A DNA stretch of 32,000 nt, taken from contig NZ_CP065581.1 in the NCBI RefSeq assembly GCF_018389705.1, positions 510,001-542,000 of the forward strand, written 5' to 3'. The first letter of the stretch is position 1; the number at the start of each line of letters is the position of its first letter. The DNA is from Mycoplasma mycoides subsp. capri (lineage in GTDB: Bacteria > Bacillota_I > Bacilli_A > Mycoplasmatales > Mycoplasmataceae). Both the position numbers and the translations under genes were made by a program. Of this stretch, positions 13,804 to 23,806 are shown piece after piece. Under the pieces are notes generated by a model. The model did no database searches and had not been told where the DNA came from. It was given only the letters and a program-made list of their open reading frames with translations.

Positions 13804-14233
13804 ATGAATTTAAGATTTCTAATAAATCATTTAAAGCTAAACTAGCACATAAAATTCTATTTTTTTGTTTATGTATGTTTTTCATTACAACTAATTCATT
13901 TAATTGATCAATATTTATTAATGATCCAGTTAATAAAAAGTCTTGATAGTTTTTTATAAGTTCTATTGCTTTTTTAATATCTAAATTTAATAAATTATTA
14001 ATTAATAAATCAATTGAACTTGTAGCTATTGCACAAGCTGAGCCATCAAATTTCATTGATTTAATAATTTTATTTTCTATTAAGATTTCAATAATTAATT
14101 GATCAGCACAAGTTTGAGATTTTAATTCTTTTATAATTGCATTTTTATTATTTGTTAAAGTTTTATTTTCTGGATTTAAAAAGTGTTTGATTATTATTTC
14201 TCTTAATAAAGAATCGTTATTTATATCTATCAT
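13796..14233 (-). CDS. sufU: Fe-S cluster assembly scaffold protein (SufU/IscU-like, 145 aa)
   Basis: Intact ORF with conserved Cys ligand contexts (QTCADQL, GSACAIATSS, ILCASLALNDL). It lies 2 nt downstream of the cysteine desulfurase gene. Confidence 0.75.
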   Translation of the reverse strand: MIDINNDSLLREIIIKHFLNPENKTLTNNKNAIIKELKSQTCADQLIIEILIENKIIKSMKFDGSACAIATSSIDLLINNLLNLDIKKAIELIKNYQDFLLTGSLINIDQLNELVVMKNIHKQKNRILCASLALNDLLEILNSYE

Positions 14234-14235
14234 AT

Positions 14236-15474
14236 TTAAAAGTATATATCTAAAAATTTATCTGTGTTTTTTAATGCATCAATTAATTTATCAATTTCAT
14301 CAGTTGTATTATAAATTGCAAAACTAATTCTTAATGCACTTTTTATATGAATTACATCTTCTAATCTTCTAACACAATGTGCTCCAGATCTACTAGTTAT
14401 ATTATATTTAACATCTAAAAAACTAGAAATGTCTTGAGCATTAATTTGATTAACATTAAATAATAATAAAGGAGAATCATTATTTAAATTATAAAAAGTA
14501 ATTTTATTTTCTAAATGATTAGCTTTAATTTGTTGTCTAGTATATTGTTTTAATTTAGTTTCATATAAATGTATATTATTAATTCCTATTTTTAAAATAA
14601 ATTCAATTGCTTTTTTAAAACCATAAATATTTGAAATATTTAAAGTACCAGCTTCTAGTTTTTCTGGTAAAGTTTTTAAAGTATAACTGGTAAAATCTTT
14701 ACTAATAGTTAAACTAGAACCACCACCTAAATTTAAAGGTTCTAATTCATCTAATAATTGATATTTACCATATAAAATACCAACTCCAAATGGTCCATAC
14801 ATTTTATGAGCTGAAAAGGCAATAAAATCTACATCTCAATCTTTAACATCAACTTTAAAATGAGCAATTGATTGAGCAACATCAACAACAATTATTACAT
14901 TTTGATTAATTGATCTAATTTTTTTAATAATTTTTTTAACATCATTAATATATCCTGTTGTATTTGAAATATGAGCAAAACTAACTATTTTAGTTTTAGG
15001 TGTAATTAATTGATCTAATTTATTAATATCAATTCCAAAATCATTTGTTAATTCTAAATTTTTAATAACAGAATTAGTTTTTTGTTTTAATCAAATTCAA
15101 GGAACTAAGTTTGATGAATGTTCTAAACTAGTAATTAGAATTTCATCATCTTGATTAACTAAGTTAATTAAACCTTTTGCAATCATATTAATAGATTGAG
15201 TAGTTCCTGAAGTAAAAATAATTTCACTTGTGTGATTTGCATTAATAAAGTTTTTTACAAGTTCTCTAGTGTTGTTTAAAATTTCTAAACTTTGATATCC
15301 AATTTTATAATCACCTGAATGTGGGTTTGTTGAAATATTTTTTAAATAATTAGTTTGAGCATTTATTACAGAATTTGGTTTTAAAGTTGTAGCTCCATTA
15401 TCAAAATAAATTAAATTAGGATGTTTTTTTAATAAAGGAAATTGTTTTTTAATTTTTTCAAATTGACCATTCAC
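14236..15474 (-). CDS. sufS: Cysteine desulfurase, class V aminotransferase, SufS-like (412 aa)
   Basis: GTG start at 15474-15472 lies 8 nt after an AGGAG RBS. Fragments 14236..14802 and 15097..15474 are in frame. The PLP-Lys context SAHKMYGPFGVG and the group-II catalytic Cys motif RSGAHCV are present. Confidence 0.85.
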
Positions 15475-15501
15475 TATCTCAACTCCTTTTATTTATTAAT
15501 A

Positions 15502-15507
15502 ATTATA
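15502..15507 (-). promoter_or_regulatory. Candidate -10 box (TATAAT, minus strand) for the cysteine desulfurase operon
   Basis: Plus-strand attata at 15502-15507 lies about 28 nt upstream of the GTG start. An alternative TTGACT-17nt-TATTTT arrangement lies just upstream on the same strand. Confidence 0.3.
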
Positions 15508-15600
15508 TAGTTTTACAAAATATTTATTAGTGAGTAGATAGTCAAATTTTATTAGTATTACAAGTAAACGATAATTATAAATAATTATTTTAAATTAAGT

Positions 15601-15606
15601 TATAAT
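15601..15606 (+). promoter_or_regulatory. Candidate -10 box (TATAAT) for the lipoprotein-lipoprotein-HIT operon
   Basis: This is the only perfect TATAAT on the plus strand in the 200-nt divergent intergenic region, about 70 nt upstream of the lipoprotein start. No clear -35 element is present. Confidence 0.35.
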
Positions 15607-15676
15607 TAATTGGTATATGTGATTTTAAAAAAGTGTTTTTTAATACATTTTAAAATCAACAGAAAGGATGATATTA

Positions 15677-18574
15677 GTGAAAAAGCTTTTAACTTGACTT
15701 AGTGCTATAACCTTAGTTGCATCATCAAGTGTTTTAGCTATTAGTTGTAAAACTGAACAAGTAAAAAATGAAAATTCACTTTTTTTAACTAATTTTGGAG
15801 ACATTAAGATTGATTCAAAAAGCTTATTAGAATGAAATCAAAAATGAAACGGAATTAGTTCAAATAACCAAGAACTTATTAATAAAACTAATAATTTATT
15901 AGCTGCTGGAATTTTATTAGCAATTAGAGATAATAAATTACAACTACCTGAAAAAAATGAAAATGGATGAGATTCTAGTGTTAATCCTCAAATTAAAAAT
16001 TTATTAGGAGATAAAAATAGTACTGATACAGCTACTTTATATGGTTTAGCTAATAAAAGTTTAAATGATTTAAAAGATAATAAATATAAAAATGATCCAA
16101 AAGGTTGACAAAAACATTTAGAAGAAATGTTTCCTGGTGTTAAAAAGAATTTAGCTGATTTAGAAAATGCTTATAAGTCAAACTTTATTTTAAATGATAG
16201 TTCAAATAGTGCTTTTATTAAATTAAAAAATCTTTTAATGTTTAATTCAACAGTTGCTGATTCTATGTGACAAAAAGGAATTCAAACAACTAATTTAGAC
16301 TGAAAAACTTTAACTAATAATTTTGCTAATGCATATCCTGGAAAAAAGGATCTAGATCAACTAGCTAAAGCTATTAAAGAAGCATTTGATAAAGCTAACA
16401 GTAACTGAAATGATGCTAAAATAGTTACTTTTACTAATATGGTTAACGGTCTAGGTGGAATTAATAATCAAAGTACAACTAGTGGTTCAAACGGAGGGGC
16501 CGGAAGTCAACAGAATGATAATTTAATAATTACTTATAGCTCTTCAAAAGATGTTAAAAACAAAATTTCTGGTACTAATAACGGGAATGGCAAAAAAGGT
16601 GAAGAATGAATTAAGGAAATTTTAAATAGAGTTTCATCTAATGCACAGAGAGGTTCTGTTGCCTTTAGTGAATGAAATGTTTCCTACAATTATAATTCGC
16701 AAAATGGACCAAAAAACTTTATAAACTATAATAATCAAAAGCCTTCATCTTGAACAGAAATAGTAAAAGAAATTCCTCTTTTAGAAAATGGTGACTTAAA
16801 GGCGGACCCCATTAAGGGTGAATATGGTGCTATTTCTAACTCACAAAAATATGCTATAAATAATTACTTTAATTCTGAAAAACCTGTTATTTTTTCTGAT
16901 TTAATTTTTAAATTTGCAAACAATAAAACAGCAACAGATATTGAAAAAAATTTATCATTAAAAGCATTAATACCAACCGAATCTTCAGGACAAGATTTGA
17001 CCACTAAATTAATCGAAAGATTTCAAGGAATTCAATCAGTTTTACAAACCTATTTATCTAATGATGATAAAGAAAAAGAAACATATACAGCTGGTCTTTC
17101 TAAATTTGACACAATCTTTAGGGGAGAAGAAGCCAAAATAAAAGCAAACACAAGCACTAATAGCTCAACTGATTATAAAAATTGAACTGAGTGAGATATT
17201 AAAAACGATCACCATAAAATCAATGCAAGTGGTAAATTACTTACACTTAGCGACACCACTTACTCGGATACAGTTAAATTTTCTATTTATGATTTTCTGA
17301 CAAGTAATGATAAAAAAGAAAATACTTGAAGCTGAAAAGAAGAATCATCAATTAATGGAAATTTAGAATCACAAAAATTTAAACAAGCACTAATAGATGG
17401 TGGTTTGTCAAATGATGAGGCAAGTAAAATAGATAGCGCTATAGAGCAAACCAAAGACAAAAAACAATCAAAAGATGCTGCAAGATTAACTATTTATAAT
17501 CTAGCAGAGCTATTTAAAAAGATTAATCAAAAAAATAGTAGTTCTGGAACATCTTCTGGTTCTGGTTCATCATCATCTAGCACAGCTTCAACTAGCGAAA
17601 ATGGAGAAAATAAAAATTCGAATATTTACACTATATTAAACAAAGACGAAGGGATAATAGCATTCATTGATGGAGATGGATTACACATCACTAAAATTGA
17701 TGGGTATAAACTAATTAATAATAAAAACAACAATGAATCTCTGTCATCATCAATTGATCAACAACAAAGTCTTAATGACTCTATTAAACAGACTGCTGTT
17801 CTAAAACAAATCAGATCTTTATATTCTTCACCTAATGCTAGTGTTTTAGTTCCATATCTAATAAATTCAACTCTTCAAATTAATACAACCTCAACAAGTA
17901 TGTCTAGTTCATCATCTGGACAATCTAATGGCTCAAAATGAGATTGAACAAAAAAAGATTTAGATTATGCAAATTCTGTTAAAAATCTTGGTGTAGATAT
18001 TAGTTTATTAAACAAGAATATCAAAAATGATTATGAAAGATTTCTAATAAATACTTCATTAATTGATGCTTCTAAAACTAAGTCATTTTATAATATCGAT
18101 ATTCTAAGTGAAGTATCAAAATCTATTCAGTCTGGTAATAATGCTTCACTACAATCTAATTGATTAGTTGAATTATTTACAAAAATATTAAAAGATAAAG
18201 GTAAGGCTTTGTCAGGTAGTTTATTAAGTGTGATAGTAACAACTGATAATAAAGCTGATAATGATGAAATTGAAAAAATATTTTCACATCAAGCAAAAAA
18301 CTTGAAAGTATCAGCTATTAGAAAATTGCAACAATCAAATCAAAAGTGAGTAAATAAAGTTAAAGAAAATTATAAGAAATATTCAAAAGACGCTTCACTA
18401 GATAAGAGATTTATTCCAGATCAAACTATAGATCTAAATTCTATGAATGAAAGCAAGAAAAAAAGATATGACAATCTTTTACAATCAGAAATTTTTAATC
18501 CGGAAGTAAAAGCACAGAAAAATAGTAATGGATCATCATCTACCGGTGATTCTGGAGCTAGAGGTGATGCATAA
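15677..18574 (+). CDS. Large surface lipoprotein of unknown function (965 aa from GTG 15677; an in-frame ATG at 15668 is an alternative start)
   Basis: The RBS agaaagga at 15661-15668 lies 8 nt before the GTG. The signal peptide plus lipobox is KKLLTWLSAITLVASSSVLAIS-C. I translated the full frame and it contains many TGA codons but no TAA or TAG. Track ORFs 16997..17185 and 17405..17941 are in-frame pieces. Ser/Gly/Asn low-complexity linkers are present (for example SSSGTSSGSGSSSSSTASTS). Confidence 0.85.
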
Positions 18575-20721
18575 TGAAAAAATTATTAACAATATTAGGT
18601 TCTATTTGTTTATCTGCTGGAACAATGGTTACAGCAATAGCATGTAGTACTAAAAATGAAAAATTTGATAAACCTTCTATTACTGATGAATTAGCTCAAA
18701 AGATAGTTAGCGGATTAAAATTGACTAATGACTTTAACTTTACAACTGGTGAACAATTTTCTAAATTAGATTACAAATCATTAGTTTTAGATATGATTAA
18801 TGAAACTATTTCAAAAAACAAATATTCAGATAATTTACATAATTTATCTAGAAAATTTGGGTTAGAAATATCAAAAACAAAAGAGCTAGGTGAAAAAAAA
18901 TCTCAAGAAGTCTTAAAAAATCTATCAACCATTAAATTATTTACTGAATATACTTCAAAAAGAGCTTCCGAAGAACATTCGGATAATGTTGATCTAGAGT
19001 ATAGTGCTAATTACCCATTAAATCCATATAATCTAGATCCAAAAAATGGTAAAAAAGATACTACCACATATGCAATTTACTATAAATCTAATAACACAAG
19101 CACTGGTGGTGGATCAAACGGGGGTTCTACTTCAAACTGATTAAGATGACAAACAACAGGTGAATTTGACACTCTAGAAAGTAAAGTACCCGGTGTTCCT
19201 CAACTTCCAAGTATTAGTCTATTAACCGAATCTGATAAGAACAATTTTAGAATCGCTAAGTTAAGTTCACCTAAAGATCAAGATTATATTAATAAGACTG
19301 CAACCGTTGATGATGAAGGTAAAGGTACAAACGGTGGTAGTGATAAGAAAATAGAATGATATAAAAATTCTAATAGTAAATTTGAGACTGATGGTCAAGG
19401 AATTATGCAATATAGATTTATGTATCATTTTAAAACTAAATTAGAATCTAAATCGTTCAGCGATTTATTGGGGCATGCCTATATCGATTCAAATCTATAT
19501 ATAGATAAACAAGATAATAGATCAGCTTCAAATAAAAAAATAATTTTAAATAATGTAAGTAAATTAGTTAGTGATGTTCAATCCAATTATTCACAAGTAG
19601 AAAGAACTACTTCAAACCTTAAAATGGTATGAGCTTTTTCACTAGATCAACAAAAAATATCACAAGTAAACGATAAAATTCAAGAATATGTTTATTCTGA
19701 TGGTTCTTTAAAAGATAAAGATAATAAGACACTAAAAAAAGTTTTTGATCAAATAAAATCAACAAAAATAAATAACGAAAGCAAACAGGGAACAGATTCA
19801 TTATTTTCAATAAGTGGATTTAATGGATTTGTAAAAAATAAAGATAATAGCATTGAAAGCCTGAGTGGTGATTTAAAAATAACTGAAGATGCTAAGAAAG
19901 CTGTGGCAAAAGTAAATGTACCATCATTATTAACTAATAATAATAGAGGATTTAATTCAGAAATAAGTGGAAATGTAGATTATGTATTTGTATTACCTAT
20001 TTATTTAAATGACTTGTTTTCAACAAATGATGTTCAAATAAAAAAAACATCAACAAATGGAAATGGTGGCTCAGGAACATCTCAAAATAATAATTATGAA
20101 TTACCTATTATTCAAAATACATGAATGAATCTAAATGAAAAATATTCAATTAATGAACGTTACTTTAATAATATGAGTATTAAAAAGGTTGATTCAAAAA
20201 GTGGTGATGATGTGTTATTAGCTAATAAAAATGATACATGATATGTTTTATTAAAAAGTAACAAAGAAACTGCAAATATTCAAGTAACTTATTCAGATAG
20301 AACAACTAAAACTATTACATTAAAAAAACTTGAAGAAAAAAATAAAAAATCATTAGATTTTACCTATAAATTATCAAAAACTTCTGATTTTAATAAATTA
20401 CTATTTAATAAAAATATGGATGCAAACATCACTTATGATATCAATCTAAAAAATTACGATAATATCAAAGATAAACAAAATGATGCTTATATTTGAAACA
20501 ATGATCCTAAAAAATCAAATGATATTCAAGATTTATCAGCAGCTAAAAAACAAGTGTTATTAGATCAACTAGAAGCAATTACAGCTAAAAATCCTGATGT
20601 ACAAAATGCTGCTAAAACTGAACTGTATAGTGCTTATTTATACACTGATGGAATTTATTACAAATCTCTATTTGATGAGATTTCAAAATATATAGAAAGT
20701 GAAAAACCTACATTAGACTAA
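18574..20721 (+). CDS. Second large surface lipoprotein of unknown function (715 aa)
   Basis: The ATG at 18574 overlaps the upstream TAA by 1 nt (TAATG). The signal peptide plus lipobox is MKKLLTILGSICLSAGTMVTAIA-C. I translated the full frame and only TGA interrupts it. Track ORFs 18574..19140, 19405..19632 and 19903..20124 are in-frame pieces. G/S/N linkers are present (TSTGGGSNGGSTSN, NGNGGSGTSQNNN). Confidence 0.85.
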
Positions 20722-20723
20722 TT

Positions 20724-21122
20724 ATGGACTGTTTATTTTGTAAAATTATTAATCAAGAAATTCCATCTTATAAAATTTATGAAAATGAATATGTATATAG
20801 TTTTTTAGATGTAAGACCTGTAAGTAATGGTCATTTACTAGTCATTCCAAAAAAACATTTTGAAAACTTTAGTGCTTGTGATGATAAATATTTACAAGAA
20901 GTAATTTTAGCTAAAAAACATTTAGTTAATTTATTAAAAGAAAAATTAAATCCAGCTGGATTTAATTATTTATCAAATGAACAAGCTATTTCAGGACAAA
21001 CTGTTTTACATTATCATGAACATATAATGCCAAAATATGAAAAAGATAAAGGGTTTTTATTAAAAGCTGAAATTGTTGATATTGATGAACTAGAAAACAC
21101 TTTTAATAAAATAGTTAAATAA
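20724..21122 (+). CDS. HIT (histidine triad) family nucleotide hydrolase, HinT-like (132 aa)
   Basis: Intact ORF starting 2 nt after the lipoprotein stop. The N-terminus is CLFCKIINQEIPSYKIYENEYVYSFLD and the histidine triad motif is HYHEHIMP. Confidence 0.9.
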   Translation: MDCLFCKIINQEIPSYKIYENEYVYSFLDVRPVSNGHLLVIPKKHFENFSACDDKYLQEVILAKKHLVNLLKEKLNPAGFNYLSNEQAISGQTVLHYHEHIMPKYEKDKGFLLKAEIVDIDELENTFNKIVK

Positions 21123-21136
21123 TAAATTACAAAAAA

Positions 21137-21163
21137 ATAGAAGCCTTGGCTTCTATTTTTTAT
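21137..21163. terminator. Bidirectional rho-independent terminator shared by the convergent HIT and yhaM genes
   Basis: Stem atagaag / cttctat (extendable to atagaagcc / ggcttctat), preceded by A7 and followed by T6, so it can terminate transcription from either strand. The yhaM stop codon lies inside the right arm. Confidence 0.75.
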
Positions 21164-22133
21164 GTTTATAAAACATTTTATTATCAATACTGATTATTTT
21201 TTGAGTTCAATTATCTACTTCTATTTTTGATAATTCATCATTAATTTTATAAACTTTAGCATCTAAATCATCTAAAGCTGATAAAATCACTGCTTCAATT
21301 AATACTGGTTCGATCGGGGAACCAAACTCTTTTTTACCATGACTAGCTAAAATCATATGTTGTAGTAAAGTAATTTCTTTATTAATTTTATTATTTTGAT
21401 CTTTATATAAATTTAGTTTATCTGCTAGTTTATTGATTTCAGCATTTCCTATTGAAATATGACCTAATAGCTTTCCTTCTAAACTATAATCACTACCATT
21501 AACATCACTAATTTCAATTACTTTACCAATATCATGCAGAATTGCTCCACATATTAATAAATCTCAATCAATATTTGCATAAAGATAGTTTTCTTTTAAA
21601 CTCAAAACGTTTTTTACAAGAGTATAGCTATGTCAAAACAACCCACTAGTAACATTGTGATGAATACTCATAGCTGCAGGAAAAGTTAAAAACTCTTTTT
21701 TATATTTTTCTATTAAATTAAGTGTAATAGTTTTATAAGTCTGATTATTAATACTATTTAAAAGACTAATTAATTCTAAATAACTAGTTTTAATATCTAA
21801 AGGAGCAGTTATATATAAATCAGTTTTATTTAAATGATACTTTAATAAATCTTTTTCATCAATTACTTGATAATCTTCAACTTTTAATTGTAATATGTTT
21901 CTATATTCATGAACAATAGTATCTTTTAATAAAACAATAGTATTTGGTTTTAATAACTGTTTGTCTTTTTCATTAACTACTCATTTTCTAGCTTCAATTC
22001 TACCTGTACTATCAGCTAAATGTAATATTAAATAATTATTTCCACTACTTCCTGTTGAAACTATAACTCTTTCAATTCTTAAAATAGTATCGATTAAATG
22101 ATCTTCTATATTAATATCTTTAACTTTTTTCAT
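21153..22133 (-). CDS. yhaM: 3'-5' exoribonuclease YhaM-like (N-terminal OB fold plus HD domain, 326 aa)
   Basis: ATG at 22133-22131 and TAG at 21155-21153, with several in-frame TGA codons, so it is absent from the track. The protein MKKVKDINIEDHLIDTILRIERV...LHLADSTGRIEARKW carries the OB fold, followed by HD-domain motifs HHNVTSGLFWHS, GAILHDIGK and ILASHG. Confidence 0.75.
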
Positions 22134-22205
22134 TAGTTGTCTTCTTTCTAATCTATCTATATTATTTTATATGATTAATTAGATATAAACTAATATTGCA
22201 ACTTT

Positions 22206-22859
22206 TTAAAGACTTCAGTTAATAGGATCTAAATTTAGGTTAATTAATAAATTATTAATTTGACTAAAAGGTTTAGTATTTTTAAAACCTTTATAACTTA
22301 GTGGTGAAGGATGAGCTGATTTAATAACAAAATTAGACTTAACTAATAAAGAATCATACATTTTAATAGCAAAATTACCTCACAAACAAAAAATTACATT
22401 TTGATTATGTAATATAATTTGTTCTAAAATTTTTTTAGTAATTTTTTGTCATCCTAAATTAGTATGAGAATTTGGTTTATGAGCAATTACAGTTCAACAA
22501 GTATTTATTAAAAACACTCCTTGTTTTACTCAATTTGTTAAATCATTATTATTAAAATGATCAATATTTAAATCAGAGTAAAGTTCATTAAAAATGTTTT
22601 TTAAACTAGGTGGAGTTTTTAAAGCATTACTACTAAAAGCAATTCCGTTAGCTTGATTAAAATCATGATATGGATCTTGACCTATAATTACTACTTTAAT
22701 ATTATTTAAATCACTTAATTTAAATAAGTTTAAAACATCTTTTTGTTTTGGAAAAACTATATCATCACTACTATAAGCTTTATTAATTAAATTATTAATT
22801 TGATTAAATAAATTTAAATCAGTAAATAGTTTATTTCAACTAGGATGTAAATTAGTCAT
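22206..22859 (-). CDS. ung: Uracil-DNA glycosylase (217 aa)
   Basis: ATG at 22859-22857 and TAA at 22208-22206. The motifs VVIIGQDPYH, GVFLINT and the C-terminal AHPSPLS are present. Multiple TGA = Trp codons hide it from the track. Confidence 0.9.
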
Positions 22860-23781
22860 TAGTTTTAATTCAAGATATTATAATCTTAATTTTTCCTTTA
22901 ACTATTAGTTTGTCAATTCCATTAATAGTAATTGCTGATTCACCTTTTGTAAAATACATATCATTAATATAACCAGATCCACTAATAATTGTTAATTGTA
23001 ATCAATCACATTTTTCATCTACTTCAAATTCTTTTAAATCATCACATTCTAAAACATATAATGAAAAATAATCTGAAGAAAATACTTTATTATTAGCATT
23101 ATGAATAATGTGATCTTTTATATCTGGAGTTATTGTAGACTCTATTGAATTAAAAATATCTAATGGTCTAGGTTTGTTTGTAGTTTTATCAATTCTGTTA
23201 TAATCATAAAATCTATAAGTAATATCACTAGATCTTTGTAGTTCATAAATTACTAAATTAGGTGAGATTGCATGAACTTTACCAGGAGCTACATATAAAA
23301 AATCATTTGGTTTAACTTTAACTTTTTTTAATAATTGATCTCATTTATTTTGATTAACTAAATCAATTAATTGATTTTTATTTTTAGCTGTATGTCCATA
23401 AATTAATTCAGAATCTTTATTAGCATCAATTACATATCAACTTTCAGGTTTACCTAATTGGTTGTGATGAGATAAAGCATAATTATCATCAGGATGTACT
23501 TGAACTGATAAATAATCACTAGCTGTGATAATTTTTACTAACAAAGGATAACAACCTTTATAGTTATTAAAAAGGTGTTTGTGATTTTCAAATAACTCTT
23601 TTAAACTTAAATTATTATATTGATCATCACTAATTACATAACTCATTCCGTTTTGATGAGCTGAAATTACTCAAGCTTCACCAATGTTTTGATTATCTTT
23701 TATATCAAAGCCAAATTCTTTTAATCTATTTCCACCTCAAATTTTTTTTGAAAAATAAGGTTTAAGTTTTAAAATTTTCAT
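22852..23781 (-). CDS. manA: Mannose-6-phosphate isomerase, class I (309 aa)
   Basis: ATG at 23781-23779. The N-terminus is MKILKLKPYFSKKIWGGNRL and the motifs GEAWVISAH, LSVQVHPDD and APGKVHAI are present. Fragment 23437..23646 is in frame. The stop at 22854-22852 overlaps the ung start by 8 nt. Confidence 0.85.
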
Positions 23782-23806
23782 ACTTACTTTCTATAATTAA
23801 ACTTTA

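Noticed and set aside
18541-18574. TGDSGA and RGD tripeptide at the extreme C-terminus of lipoprotein 1 (a possible serine-protease GDSG active site or integrin-binding motif; I also considered a MIB-MIP immunoglobulin-protease pair)
   Set aside because: The motif is 3-10 residues from the stop, so no protease domain can follow it. I saw no His/Asp catalytic context or DUF31-like region. RGD is expected by chance in about 1700 aa of protein. MIB proteins are not lipobox lipoproteins, and the pair here is linked to a HIT gene in a core housekeeping region.
19619-19810. Minus-strand 63-aa ORF
   Set aside because: It is antisense to lipoprotein 2, whose frame is continuous and has a proper signal peptide and lipobox.
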